From: a candidate division WWE3 bacterium | GTDB taxonomy: Bacteria; Patescibacteriota; WWE3; UBA101185; UBA10185 | Length of the DNA: 64,000 nt | Direction of reading: 5' to 3' | Assembly: GCA_016182565.1 (NCBI GenBank) | Contig: JACPGI010000005.1 | Location: 11,005-75,004, forward strand | Shown here: piece after piece, positions 1 through 8,942 of the stretch | How the letters are laid out: the number at the start of each line of letters is the position of its first letter | How positions within the stretch are numbered: position 1 is the first letter of the stretch | Program-made: the position numbers and the translations under genes | Notes under the pieces: generated by a model | Database searches by the model: none | Told to the model about the DNA's origin: nothing | The model's input: the letters and a program-made list of their open reading frames with translations, nothing else

Positions 1-1116
1 AAATACTCTTCAAGACTAAAATCGGACATTCTAGAAATCCTAGGTGAAAACATAGCTAAGTTTGAAGAAGTATTATTTTATGTGCATCCTTCTGGAATAG
101 AAGATGAAGCTAAAGGAGTTGCTGGAGCAAACCGTACGTGGGGCGCTAAAAATGGAGTAGGTCATCTAAGACAAAAGGATGTAAATATCCGCAATTACAT
201 ATTCTCCACTTTCGATTCGGATAGTGTGTTAGATAGGCAATTTATAGCTCGTGTAACTCACCTATATCTAACAAATGATAAAAGAGATTATAAGTACTTT
301 GGTCCGGCAGTGAATTTGTTTAATAACAACATTTGGGATGTACCAATGCTTATGAGAATTGAGGCAAATTCAATAGTGATTGCGTGTATTTCGGATGCGG
401 TTGTAAGTGAGCCGGAATTTAAAGAGACTTTTTCCTGTTACTCCGCCTCACTTCAAACCTTAATTGATGCCAACTATTGGGATGTGCAAGTTGGGGTTGA
501 TGACACTATTTTTTATTGGAGATCTTTTTTTGCAAGAGGTGGAGATTTTATTGGGGTACATCACTTCATACCATATTCGGCAGATGCAGTACAAGGAAGT
601 GATTATTTAAAAAGCCATAAAAGTATGTATTTACAACTTAGGAGGTGGGCATGGGGAACAATTGTTGTACCAATATCAATGACCGAATTTTTTAAAAAAA
701 ATAAGATTCCGCTAATAAAAAAGATTAGATGGACTGTTCTTCATTTTGAGAGGCGAGTACTTCTTATAACACTTGTTTTTCTCATGACATTTGGAATAAG
801 TATCTTGACTAAAGTAAATCAAGATGCAAGACAAATTAGCCTTGTTTACACCCTACCAAACCTTATCAGTACAATCCTTACTTTCACACTTATATTTTTT
901 GTGCCTATTACCATACTTCGCGCTAAACTTGTAAAACCAATGCCCAAAGAGTGGTTCTTTTTGAAAAAAGTTTTTTTTACACTGGTTGAGGGACCAATGG
1001 TTATAATAAACATGCTCACATTTTCTTTAATTCCGTATCTTGATGCTTACACTAGGATGCTACTTGGAAATAAAATGAGCGATCTGTACCACACACCGAA
1101 AGTTAGATCAAAATAA
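1..1116 (+). CDS. Glycosyltransferase family 2 membrane protein (5'-partial; frame open from base 1)
   Basis: Frame open from position 1. GT-A motifs STFDSDS (DxD), GVDD and QLRRWAWG (QxxRW), then C-terminal TM helices. Confidence 0.8.
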   Translation, partial: KYSSRLKSDILEILGENIAKFEEVLFYVHPSGIEDEAKGVAGANRTWGAKNGVGHLRQKDVNIRNYIFSTFDSDSVLDRQFIARVTHLYLTNDKRDYKYFGPAVNLFNNNIWDVPMLMRIEANSIVIACISDAVVSEPEFKETFSCYSASLQTLIDANYWDVQVGVDDTIFYWRSFFARGGDFIGVHHFIPYSADAVQGSDYLKSHKSMYLQLRRWAWGTIVVPISMTEFFKKNKIPLIKKIRWTVLHFERRVLLITLVFLMTFGISILTKVNQDARQISLVYTLPNLISTILTFTLIFFVPITILRAKLVKPMPKEWFFLKKVFFTLVEGPMVIINMLTFSLIPYLDAYTRMLLGNKMSDLYHTPKVRSK

Positions 1117-1121
1117 ACACT

Positions 1122-2561
1122 ATGCGAAAATTTCTAGCTATAAACATAACTATTCTTATACTGACCGGGCTTTACATATTCTTAAGATTTGCGTATCTAA
1201 ACTCACTTGTTCCACTATGGATGTCAAAATCTTGGGGGGAGGCACAGCTTGCAAATAAATACAATCTGTACTTACTACCTGTTGCGCAAGTCGGAATTAC
1301 ATTTCTTGCTTACATATTTGCAAATTATGCAAAGAAAAAACATTTAAGATACGGCGCTGACATGCTTGTTACAATTGGTACAACATGCAACGTTCTACTT
1401 TCTTACTCAGTACTTAAGATAATAAGGGTTGCATCAACACCTTACCCACCTTTTATAAACCCAACATACATCCAGCTTGCTTTTCCAATGTTTGTTGCCT
1501 TTTTGGTAGTTTTATTTATAGCGCCATATTTAATTAATTTTTTCAAAGAATACAGAATAGTTACTGACCCCAACCTGCATAAACATCCCGGAATGTTACT
1601 TGCCAAACCATCAGCTAGAGGTGGAGGGCTTATTTTTACCCTTGGGATATTGCTTTCATCAATATTTTTTGTGAAATTTACACCCACGGTGACAGGACTT
1701 TTAGTCTCAATGGCACTTGCAGCAGTACTTGGTATTCTGGACGATATCCAAAACACTAAATCAGAGACTAAACTCAGCAGTGTCGAAAACCCTTGGGCAA
1801 GATTTGGCATTCAGGCACTTATAGTACTTCCAATTGTTTTTGCGGGAGTTCAAGTATTATCTGTAAACAATCCGTTAGACGGTGCGCTTAAACTAGATAT
1901 TTTAAATTTTGCGGTAAATGGTATAAAAGTCTATCCTGTAGCTATAGTTTTTACGCTCATTTGGATTTTGTGGATCATAAATTTACTTTCATGGTCAAAC
2001 GGGGTCGATGGTCAATACTCCGGTATTGTAACTATTGCGGCAATTGTTATCGCTGTCATAACTCTTCGAGAAACTAACCTTAACTTTGATCAAAAAAATA
2101 TGGTGCAATTTGCGGCAATTGTTGCCGGAGCCAGTCTTGGACTTTTGCCTTTTACTTGGAATCCTTCAAAGGTCATGTGGGGATTTGGAGCAATAGCTGC
2201 TGGCCTTGCCATAGCAACGCTTTCCATTCTAACTAAAGCCAAGGTTGCAACTGCACTTATTGTTCTTGCAGTACCATTTCTTGACGGATTTATAACTGTG
2301 GTGAAAAGAATCTTGCAAAAAAAATCTCCATTAAAAGGCGACCGGGGACATCTCCACCACATCCTTCTTAATATGGGCTGGTCAGTGAGAAAGGTGGCAG
2401 TTTTTTATTGGATAGCAACTGCAATTACAGGTTATATTGGTATAAAGGCCGCAGATCGTAACCTCACATTGTCAGCATTGGTTGTAGCTGGAGTTATAGC
2501 TTTCATAATAATTCTTATAAATATGCAATATTTTTTCAAAAGGAAAGCTGATAGAATCTAG
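1122..2561 (+). CDS. MraY/WecA-family polyprenyl-phosphate GlcNAc-1-P transferase with N-terminal membrane extension
   Basis: Motifs ARGGG, GILDD, NGVDG and GDRGHLHH (WecA/TagO-type HH motif); polytopic membrane protein. Confidence 0.85.
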   Translation: MRKFLAINITILILTGLYIFLRFAYLNSLVPLWMSKSWGEAQLANKYNLYLLPVAQVGITFLAYIFANYAKKKHLRYGADMLVTIGTTCNVLLSYSVLKIIRVASTPYPPFINPTYIQLAFPMFVAFLVVLFIAPYLINFFKEYRIVTDPNLHKHPGMLLAKPSARGGGLIFTLGILLSSIFFVKFTPTVTGLLVSMALAAVLGILDDIQNTKSETKLSSVENPWARFGIQALIVLPIVFAGVQVLSVNNPLDGALKLDILNFAVNGIKVYPVAIVFTLIWILWIINLLSWSNGVDGQYSGIVTIAAIVIAVITLRETNLNFDQKNMVQFAAIVAGASLGLLPFTWNPSKVMWGFGAIAAGLAIATLSILTKAKVATALIVLAVPFLDGFITVVKRILQKKSPLKGDRGHLHHILLNMGWSVRKVAVFYWIATAITGYIGIKAADRNLTLSALVVAGVIAFIIILINMQYFFKRKADRI

Positions 2562-2563
2562 GT

Positions 2564-3487
2564 GTGATCAATACTTTGTATCAAATAATTAGGACTATAA
2601 GACCTAGACAGTGGCTAAAAAATTTAGCCATATTTGCTGCACCGATCCTGCAGGGAGTGGTATTAAAACATGATGTCTTAATTTCCTGCGTTTTAGCATT
2701 TATAGCCTTCACACTTCTTGCATGTGGAACATATATCTTAAATGATCTAGTCGATGCACCAAAAGATAGGAAGCACCCCGTGAAAAGTAACCGCCCGATT
2801 GCTTCCGGGAAACTTTCGATAAATTTAGCCCTTATTCTCATGGCTGCATTTTATTTTCTTGGAACACTCATTAGCTTTAGTTTTGTTGGAAGTTATTTTG
2901 GTATTTTAGGAATTTCATATATATTACTGCAACTCTCTTATTCCTTTTACCTGCGCAACATAATAATAATGGATGCTATGGCGGTATCTGCAGGATTTAT
3001 CCTAAGGGTTTTTGCAGGCGGAGTTGCATCTGACACCTCCATCTCTTCTTGGCTTGTCCTTACAACAATTGGTCTTTCTTTACTTTTAGCTTTTGGTAAA
3101 AGACGATCAGAAAAAACCTTGCTTTCTGAATATGAAGAGTCGGAAACACGAACAACACTTCTACATTATCCTGAAGCTTTGCTCGATAGCATGATCTCAA
3201 TGTCTGCAAGTTTTTGTATGATTGCTTACTCTGTTTACGCATTTCAAACTTCTCCGGTTCTAATGGGACCTGAAATCTCACGCTTGCTGCCCTCTATTCT
3301 TAAATCCCCTAAGTGGATGATGATTACAATACCTCTAGTTTTATATGGTGTAGCAAGATACCTGTACATAATCTATGAAAAGAAAGAGGGAGAATCTCCG
3401 GAACGAGTACTTCTGTCAGACAGCCCACTTCTACTCACAGTTCTTATTTGGGGAGTTACAGTTTTTATAATTAGATATTCCCTTTAG
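2564..3487 (+). CDS. UbiA-family prenyltransferase (decaprenyl-phosphate phosphoribosyltransferase-like)
   Basis: RPRQWLKN, NDLVDAPKDRKHPVKSNRPIASG and GKRRSE match the DPPR-synthase-like UbiA subfamily. Confidence 0.85.
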   Translation: MINTLYQIIRTIRPRQWLKNLAIFAAPILQGVVLKHDVLISCVLAFIAFTLLACGTYILNDLVDAPKDRKHPVKSNRPIASGKLSINLALILMAAFYFLGTLISFSFVGSYFGILGISYILLQLSYSFYLRNIIIMDAMAVSAGFILRVFAGGVASDTSISSWLVLTTIGLSLLLAFGKRRSEKTLLSEYEESETRTTLLHYPEALLDSMISMSASFCMIAYSVYAFQTSPVLMGPEISRLLPSILKSPKWMMITIPLVLYGVARYLYIIYEKKEGESPERVLLSDSPLLLTVLIWGVTVFIIRYSL

Positions 3488-3490
3488 TTT

Positions 3491-3958
3491 TTAATATATT
3501 GGATAAACATTTGCAGGACTGTACTGCGTTGGATCAAACTCCTGCTCAGTGTTGTAAGATTCTGTTTCTTCGTTTGTATCCTTAAAATCGAGGGCTTCTG
3601 ATGAATTCAAAACTTCTTGTATAAGGTCGTTCTGAATTCCTAAGACGCGGTTGTTTCTTTCAAGTTCCAGACTGGGTTCAGCAGTTGAATTTTCCGAATT
3701 TAGATCATTCTTAGAGTTTTTTTCAACACGAATAGACTCACTAGATAATACTTCGGTGTTACCCCCAGTTATAGTTATGGGGATATAGTCCGGTATATTT
3801 AAGCCCTGAGTGCTTGGCGCCGAATAACTCAACATATAAAAACCTGACATTGGTGCAACAAGAAGTGCTAGAAGTACACCCATTAAGCCTAGATTTGTTA
3901 AGTGGTGTTTGAAGCTTCTGGTGTGTAGGTCTTCAGTTTTGTTAAAAGTATTGTGCAT
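3491..3958 (-). CDS. Hypothetical protein with N-terminal TM anchor and acidic tail
   Basis: 155-aa ORF filling the gap between neighbours; one hydrophobic segment. Confidence 0.6.
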   Translation of the reverse strand: MHNTFNKTEDLHTRSFKHHLTNLGLMGVLLALLVAPMSGFYMLSYSAPSTQGLNIPDYIPITITGGNTEVLSSESIRVEKNSKNDLNSENSTAEPSLELERNNRVLGIQNDLIQEVLNSSEALDFKDTNEETESYNTEQEFDPTQYSPANVYPIY

Positions 3959-3997
3959 AGTTTTGTAACTTTGGTTAAAATTTTTAAGTATTTTTAC

Positions 3998-4573
3998 TTA
4001 GGCTTCCTCCTCAAATGTCAAAACGGTATCTTCTTTTGGCAAATTATCCTGGTCTTCGCCCGAAACAACCTCTCTCTCAACATCAATTACCAAAAGATAA
4101 GTAGAAATAAGTGTTAAAACTATAGATGTATAAAAAACCCATGTATATAGGAGTCCAAAATAAGACATAATTCCAGAAGCCGCCAAAAGTAAATATGAGT
4201 AGGCAAGCCAAATGGCACCTTGAGAATAAACATCGAAAGACGTCTGAATAAACCCTGATAGATTTAACGAGAATAATTTAGCCGCAGTGTGTGGTGGTAT
4301 ATGGGATTCATGAAAAATAAGAGATTTCAAAAGTACATAGATGAGTCCAACAGCCAAAACCACTATCATGGAAGCTGTCGAATATGAATTCACAAAGATA
4401 AAGTCTGAGCGATTTGTGTAAATAAAACCTCTAGCACCAAACGAAAATGAAATATCAAAAAACTTCGCTACAACCAAAACAGCCACTATCCTTACGGAGA
4501 GTAATACTATGGCAGGCACAATAGCCTCATCTACTAACTTTACTAAAATTCTTGAAAACATAGGCAGGATCAA
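3998..4573 (-). CDS. Hypothetical integral membrane protein
   Basis: 191-aa ORF with about 4 TM segments. Confidence 0.7.
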   Translation of the reverse strand: MILPMFSRILVKLVDEAIVPAIVLLSVRIVAVLVVAKFFDISFSFGARGFIYTNRSDFIFVNSYSTASMIVVLAVGLIYVLLKSLIFHESHIPPHTAAKLFSLNLSGFIQTSFDVYSQGAIWLAYSYLLLAASGIMSYFGLLYTWVFYTSIVLTLISTYLLVIDVEREVVSGEDQDNLPKEDTVLTFEEEA

Positions 4574-4588
4574 TTACGATCATACGTA

Positions 4589-5926
4589 GTGATAAAAACT
4601 GTGTCAACAATTTCGCACCACAACAAGTTCTACACCGTAGTGCTAGCATCGCTTTTTAAGTGTTTAGCATTTTTTACACCAATTGTCTTTACTTATCTGG
4701 GTTTTGAGTTTATCAAAACGTATTTCTTGTACATTTTGGGGTCAACAATTATTTGGGTCTTTACCCTGAAAAAGATAAATAGTGGCGAAAAGATTATTTG
4801 GCCAAATAAGTTTATTAATTGGTTTTTCTTGGCATATATTGTTTCGACGATATTTTCTTCTCATGTTTATACTTCGATATGGGGCTACTACTCACGCTTC
4901 AACGGCGGGCTTGTTTCTGTAATTATTTTATATGGTTTATTTGTCGTTTTACTCAATGAGTTTTCAAATTACGATATAAGAGCGCTTGCCGAAATTTCAG
5001 CACTTTCAATACTACCTATCGGTCTTTATGCAATAGCACAGCATTTTGGCTTAGATTCTTCTTTATGGAAAACTGATGCCACAACAAGGGTTTCTTCTAC
5101 TTTTGGGCAACCAAACTGGCTTGCAGCTTTTACCGCGATGGTAATACCGACAATTCTTGGTAAAACCTTAAATATAGATGAAAAATATAGTGAGCGTGTG
5201 GCATTACTGTGGGCCATACTATTTTTGATCGCTTTTACCACCCTTTGGTTTACTTACTCCATATCAGGACTTCTTGCCTTTGTAGCCGGGCTTCTTGCAT
5301 TCATTTGGGTAAATGGTGAGAGGGTAAGAGAAAATGCAGAAGTTATGCTTATTTTAATTATTTTTTGTGGGGTAATCGGATATTTTAACCTTGGAATCTT
5401 TAATGCAAAGGTAAAAAGTGTGTTTATAGACATTCAAAAGATCTACAGACAATCTGTGATGGTCAAAGCTCAAGAACAAGATAATATAGCTGTTACACCA
5501 AATATAGATAAAAATGATGGTACAAATGAGCAACTTTCTGACCCAGGTTATATAAGAACGGGCCTTTGGCTTGGAACACTAAACTTGTTTTTATCCTCGA
5601 ATAAAATCATGTTGGTCGGGACAGGGCCTGAAACCTTTGCATATGAATTTCAACAGTTTAGACCCAAAGAATTAAATTTTTCTTCGGAATGGGATTTTGT
5701 GATGAATAAACCCCACAATTATTATTTAGAACTTTTAAGTACACTTGGAATCTTTGGAGCACTTCCCTATTTATTTATAGTTTTACTTTCACTTGGTAAA
5801 GCAAGTAAACATTTCACACCGGGACTTTTGGCTTTTTATGTTTCAAATATTTTCGGTTGGCCAACAGTTGCTACAGCTTTTCTATTTTGGTTATTTCTAG
5901 TTGGAATAGAAAAAGAGGGGTATTAA
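4589..5926 (+). CDS. O-antigen ligase-like (Wzy_C) membrane protein
   Basis: RVSSTFGQPNWLA, GTGPETF and KPHNYYLE motifs; many TM helices. Confidence 0.85.
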   Translation: MIKTVSTISHHNKFYTVVLASLFKCLAFFTPIVFTYLGFEFIKTYFLYILGSTIIWVFTLKKINSGEKIIWPNKFINWFFLAYIVSTIFSSHVYTSIWGYYSRFNGGLVSVIILYGLFVVLLNEFSNYDIRALAEISALSILPIGLYAIAQHFGLDSSLWKTDATTRVSSTFGQPNWLAAFTAMVIPTILGKTLNIDEKYSERVALLWAILFLIAFTTLWFTYSISGLLAFVAGLLAFIWVNGERVRENAEVMLILIIFCGVIGYFNLGIFNAKVKSVFIDIQKIYRQSVMVKAQEQDNIAVTPNIDKNDGTNEQLSDPGYIRTGLWLGTLNLFLSSNKIMLVGTGPETFAYEFQQFRPKELNFSSEWDFVMNKPHNYYLELLSTLGIFGALPYLFIVLLSLGKASKHFTPGLLAFYVSNIFGWPTVATAFLFWLFLVGIEKEGY

Positions 5927-6514
5927 ATGAGTGGCAATATGGTCAAAATTTTTGGAAAGATTTTGGTTTCTGTAATCTATCTTTTTGCATTGTATTTTTT
6001 TACTTGTCACATACTTGCAGAGCTTGCGTATAACACAAGTCAAAGCTACACCACAAAAATTAAATTAACTGAGGCGCTAAACTATGCTAATAAATCATTA
6101 AATTACAACTCCCACGAGCCAAAATATTTTTATAACAAAGCCAAGATTCTACTTCTATTGGAAACACCAAAAGTGGAAACTTTAAACAACCTAGTAATTG
6201 CCCAAAACTTAAATCCTAAAAATGTGGTAACTCTTAGAAACTCCCTCCCACTTTATTATTTTCTCACATTGAAAAATTTACAGGATGCGGGAAGCAAAAC
6301 TGAAAACTTTGACAAGTGGTATTTTGAAAAAACAAAAACTTTTATTTCAAGCCTTAAAAAGGCCTATCCTAACGATGCTGGAATAATAGTTCTAGCTGCA
6401 AAATATGAAAAGAAGCTTGGACTTACAAAAGAATATGGAGAATCAATAAATGCTGTAGGTATACTAAGACCTGATCTTTTAAAATGGCATCCCGATCTAA
6501 TTGGGACAAAGTAA
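5927..6514 (+). CDS. TPR-like protein, possibly the split C-terminal part of the upstream ligase
   Basis: ATG directly follows the upstream TAA in the same frame; TM segment then helical TPR-like repeats (ALNYANKSLNYNSHEP, AQNLNPKN). Confidence 0.6.
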   Translation: MSGNMVKIFGKILVSVIYLFALYFFTCHILAELAYNTSQSYTTKIKLTEALNYANKSLNYNSHEPKYFYNKAKILLLLETPKVETLNNLVIAQNLNPKNVVTLRNSLPLYYFLTLKNLQDAGSKTENFDKWYFEKTKTFISSLKKAYPNDAGIIVLAAKYEKKLGLTKEYGESINAVGILRPDLLKWHPDLIGTK

Positions 6515-7678
6515 TTATTGGGTAGTTACATAAGTTGCTGATACCCAACCGTTTAATGTATCGGAAACTTTTATTTTAAGCCAGCCAGTGGACTCCTCTA
6601 ACACGTTGTAAACTTCTCCGACATTTACTTTTGCTAACACCTCGCCGCTAAGTCCTGGGGTGGATCTTACATTTAGCCAGCCAGTGCCGGTCTGATTTAT
6701 GGTTGCTTTTTTGCCGCCCCCAGAAACATTTACTTTTGCCAAGGCCACTTTAGCATTTTCCGTTAAGCCATTTCCATCTGCGGCACGACCAAGATACGCA
6801 CCTTTATTTTTTGCGCCTAGTTCTCCAGAAGTTGTAACATCCACACCATCTTTATTGTAAATGTGTCCATTGAAATCTATAAAGTAATCAAAAACTACCT
6901 CTTTGTTTATACCGGCTCCGGCAAGATTAATCCCACGCGTCTTATTCCAATAAATCACAGCCTTTACCCACTCGGCCGGATTTGAAGCAACAACAGCATC
7001 AAGAGATTTTATATCGTATAAACTCTCAGATCCTTCTAGTAAATTGATCTTTACAGGCACTGGATTAGGAAACATTTTCATTGCAATGTTTAATTTATAA
7101 CCTTTTTGGATCTTAATTCGGTTGCTTGTGGATTCGTAACCTGCTTTCTCAAGCATCAGATCATATTCGCCTTCAGTCAATGTACTTGTGGAATAGGGAG
7201 TAACTCCAACTTCCGTATTATCTACAAGTACACGGGCTCCTGTGGGCTCTGAAATGACTTCAAGACTGGGTGTATCACTTGATTTTTCAAGCCAGATATT
7301 TTGCCCAGAAGAAAACACATCAGAAACCCCCAAATCACGATTGATGGCAACTTCAGAGTTTTGCAGAAAATCCAGCGCTACATTGTATGTGATCTGGTCA
7401 TTTTTAATTGAGAGTTTGTTCTCCCCGGCTCTTATATCTTTTGATTCAAGTGGTGTATTTCCTAAGAAATTATCATTTAAATATACCTGTGCGCTTCCTC
7501 CTACTGTACTTATGGTGAGCGCGGCTTTACTTTTGAGATTTGAGTAATTTTTAATTACGGAGCCTCCAAAATAAACAAGGGAAAGAACACCAAAAATAGC
7601 TAAAACATAAGTAACAATACCAAGTATATTTACGGATGGCTTTGTTTTGAAAAGTGGTGTGTTTGTTGTTTCGTACAT
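6515..7678 (-). CDS. PEGA-domain and SH3b-domain surface protein
   Basis: Two PEGA repeats (LGNTPL; SEPTGARVLVDNTEVGVTP) and a C-terminal SH3b (WLNVRSTPG...GWLKIK...GWVSATYV). Start placed at ATG 7678. Confidence 0.85.
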   Translation of the reverse strand: MYETTNTPLFKTKPSVNILGIVTYVLAIFGVLSLVYFGGSVIKNYSNLKSKAALTISTVGGSAQVYLNDNFLGNTPLESKDIRAGENKLSIKNDQITYNVALDFLQNSEVAINRDLGVSDVFSSGQNIWLEKSSDTPSLEVISEPTGARVLVDNTEVGVTPYSTSTLTEGEYDLMLEKAGYESTSNRIKIQKGYKLNIAMKMFPNPVPVKINLLEGSESLYDIKSLDAVVASNPAEWVKAVIYWNKTRGINLAGAGINKEVVFDYFIDFNGHIYNKDGVDVTTSGELGAKNKGAYLGRAADGNGLTENAKVALAKVNVSGGGKKATINQTGTGWLNVRSTPGLSGEVLAKVNVGEVYNVLEESTGWLKIKVSDTLNGWVSATYVTTQ

Positions 7679-7831
7679 AGTTTTATTTGTTGTGCTTAAC
7701 TTAGATGTAATTATATATAAACTAAACCTTTGAGAAAGATTGAAAATTGAAGCGATCAACTTCCACTCTCTAAATTAACATGACAATGGTAAAATGGCAA
7801 AGTTGATGTTTGAGTTTTAGTGTTTAAATAT

Positions 7832-7906
7832 GGCCTGGTCGCCAAGTGGTAAGGCAAGGGTCTGCAAAACCCTTACACGTGGGTTCGATTCCCACCCAGG
7901 CCTCCA
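7832..7906 (+). tRNA. tRNA-Cys (GCA)
   Basis: Acceptor stem GGCCTGG/CCAGGCC plus TCCA; anticodon arm AGGGT-CTGCAAA-ACCCT; T-loop GTTCGATTC. Confidence 0.97.
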
Positions 7907-7946
7907 ATGCTTAAAATTCACCTCAAATACTACATGACCTATAGTC

Positions 7947-7975
7947 TTGACAGGCAGTGACTTTAGACTTATAAT
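7947..7975 (+). promoter_or_regulatory. Consensus sigma70 promoter TTGACA-N17-TATAAT
   Basis: TTGACA at 7947-7952, 17-nt spacer, TATAAT at 7970-7975, upstream of ORF 8045. Confidence 0.85.
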
Positions 7976-8044
7976 ACAAGTATGTTGCAGATGGTATACG
8001 CTGGAGCGTCCAGGTAACCACATAAATCTGTAGCGGAGAAAACA

Positions 8045-8371
8045 ATGAACACATCTGATTTTCTGTTTGAATCCAAACCCAAAGTAATAGCCCAGAATCT
8101 TATGTTTGGTCTCATAGCGTTGACATTCATCATCGTCACGCTGTTCTGGCTTCCTGAGCACCTTATTGGAAGCGGACTCAAGGGTTTGGCCGCCTCATTC
8201 TCCATCTGGGGAATTCAATCGATTGTGATGTTTGTGTTGGGTTACATACGGAAGTTCCAACTCAATATCGTACAACGGGTTGCACAGTCCATCCTGGCCC
8301 CACTTGCATTCTCAATCTGGATTGCAAAAATAATGACTGAAGCTTTCTTTATGGAACCAAATAGCAACTAA
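8045..8371 (+). CDS. Small hypothetical membrane protein (about 3 TM)
   Basis: 108-aa ORF with SD GGAGA at 8035-8039, its own promoter and a terminator. Confidence 0.75.
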   Translation: MNTSDFLFESKPKVIAQNLMFGLIALTFIIVTLFWLPEHLIGSGLKGLAASFSIWGIQSIVMFVLGYIRKFQLNIVQRVAQSILAPLAFSIWIAKIMTEAFFMEPNSN

Positions 8372-8378
8372 TTTCAAC

Positions 8379-8419
8379 AAACGGCCACCTGACAAAACTC
8401 ATGTGGCCGTTTCGCTTTT
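8379..8419 (+). terminator. Rho-independent terminator
   Basis: Inverted repeat AAACGGCCAC (8379-8388) / GTGGCCGTTT (8403-8412) followed by a T-rich tract. Confidence 0.7.
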
Positions 8420-8452
8420 CTAAACATTTACCTTAAATACACACAAATCCAC

Positions 8453-8479
8453 TTGACACTCTAAACATTAGAGTGCTAT
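8453..8479 (+). promoter_or_regulatory. CIRCE-like HrcA operator overlapping the groESL promoter
   Basis: TTGACACTC-N9-GAGTGCTAT versus consensus TTAGCACTC-N9-GAGTGCTAA, directly upstream of groES. Confidence 0.8.
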
Positions 8480-8582
8480 ATATTCATACGTCAAAATAAA
8501 TAATATGTCGAAAAATCCGCAAGGCTGGGACATAATATTTAACTTACATTTAAACTCAAGTAATTATTTTAAAAAGGAAAAA

Positions 8583-8876
8583 ATGGCAACAATTAAACCA
8601 TTATTCGACTTCGTACTTATAGAACCGCTTGAAAAGGAGACAACTCTACCTTCAGGCATAGTTATTCCTGATTCAGTCAAAGAAAAACCTCAAGAAGGCA
8701 AAATTAAAGCAACAGGGCCCGGGAAAAAAGATGAGGATGGCAAAACTATCTCTATGACTGTAAAGGTCGGGGACATAGTAATGTACAAAAAATGGGGCGG
8801 GACCGAAGTAAAAATTGATGGTAAAGAACACCTTCTCGTGAAAGAAGAGGATCTTTTGGCAATAGTAGAAAACTAA
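8583..8876 (+). CDS. groES: Co-chaperonin GroES
   Basis: MATIKPLFDFVLIEP...GIVIPDSVKEKPQEG...KWGGTEVK; SD AAGGA before ATG 8583. Confidence 0.97.
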   Translation: MATIKPLFDFVLIEPLEKETTLPSGIVIPDSVKEKPQEGKIKATGPGKKDEDGKTISMTVKVGDIVMYKKWGGTEVKIDGKEHLLVKEEDLLAIVEN

Positions 8877-8942
8877 GAAGTTAAACAGTATTGCCGCAGT
8901 AAACTTTGCAAACAAAAGTATTTATTAGATTGAAAGGAATTT

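Noticed and set aside
7817-8205. Minus-strand ORFs 7817-8161 and 7969-8205
   Set aside because: They are antisense to tRNA-Cys and to the ORF with promoter and SD support. WRPGWESNPR is the typical translation of an antisense tRNA.
8505-8582. 26-aa N-terminal extension of GroES in the ORF track
   Set aside because: The SD and family homology support ATG 8583 as the start.
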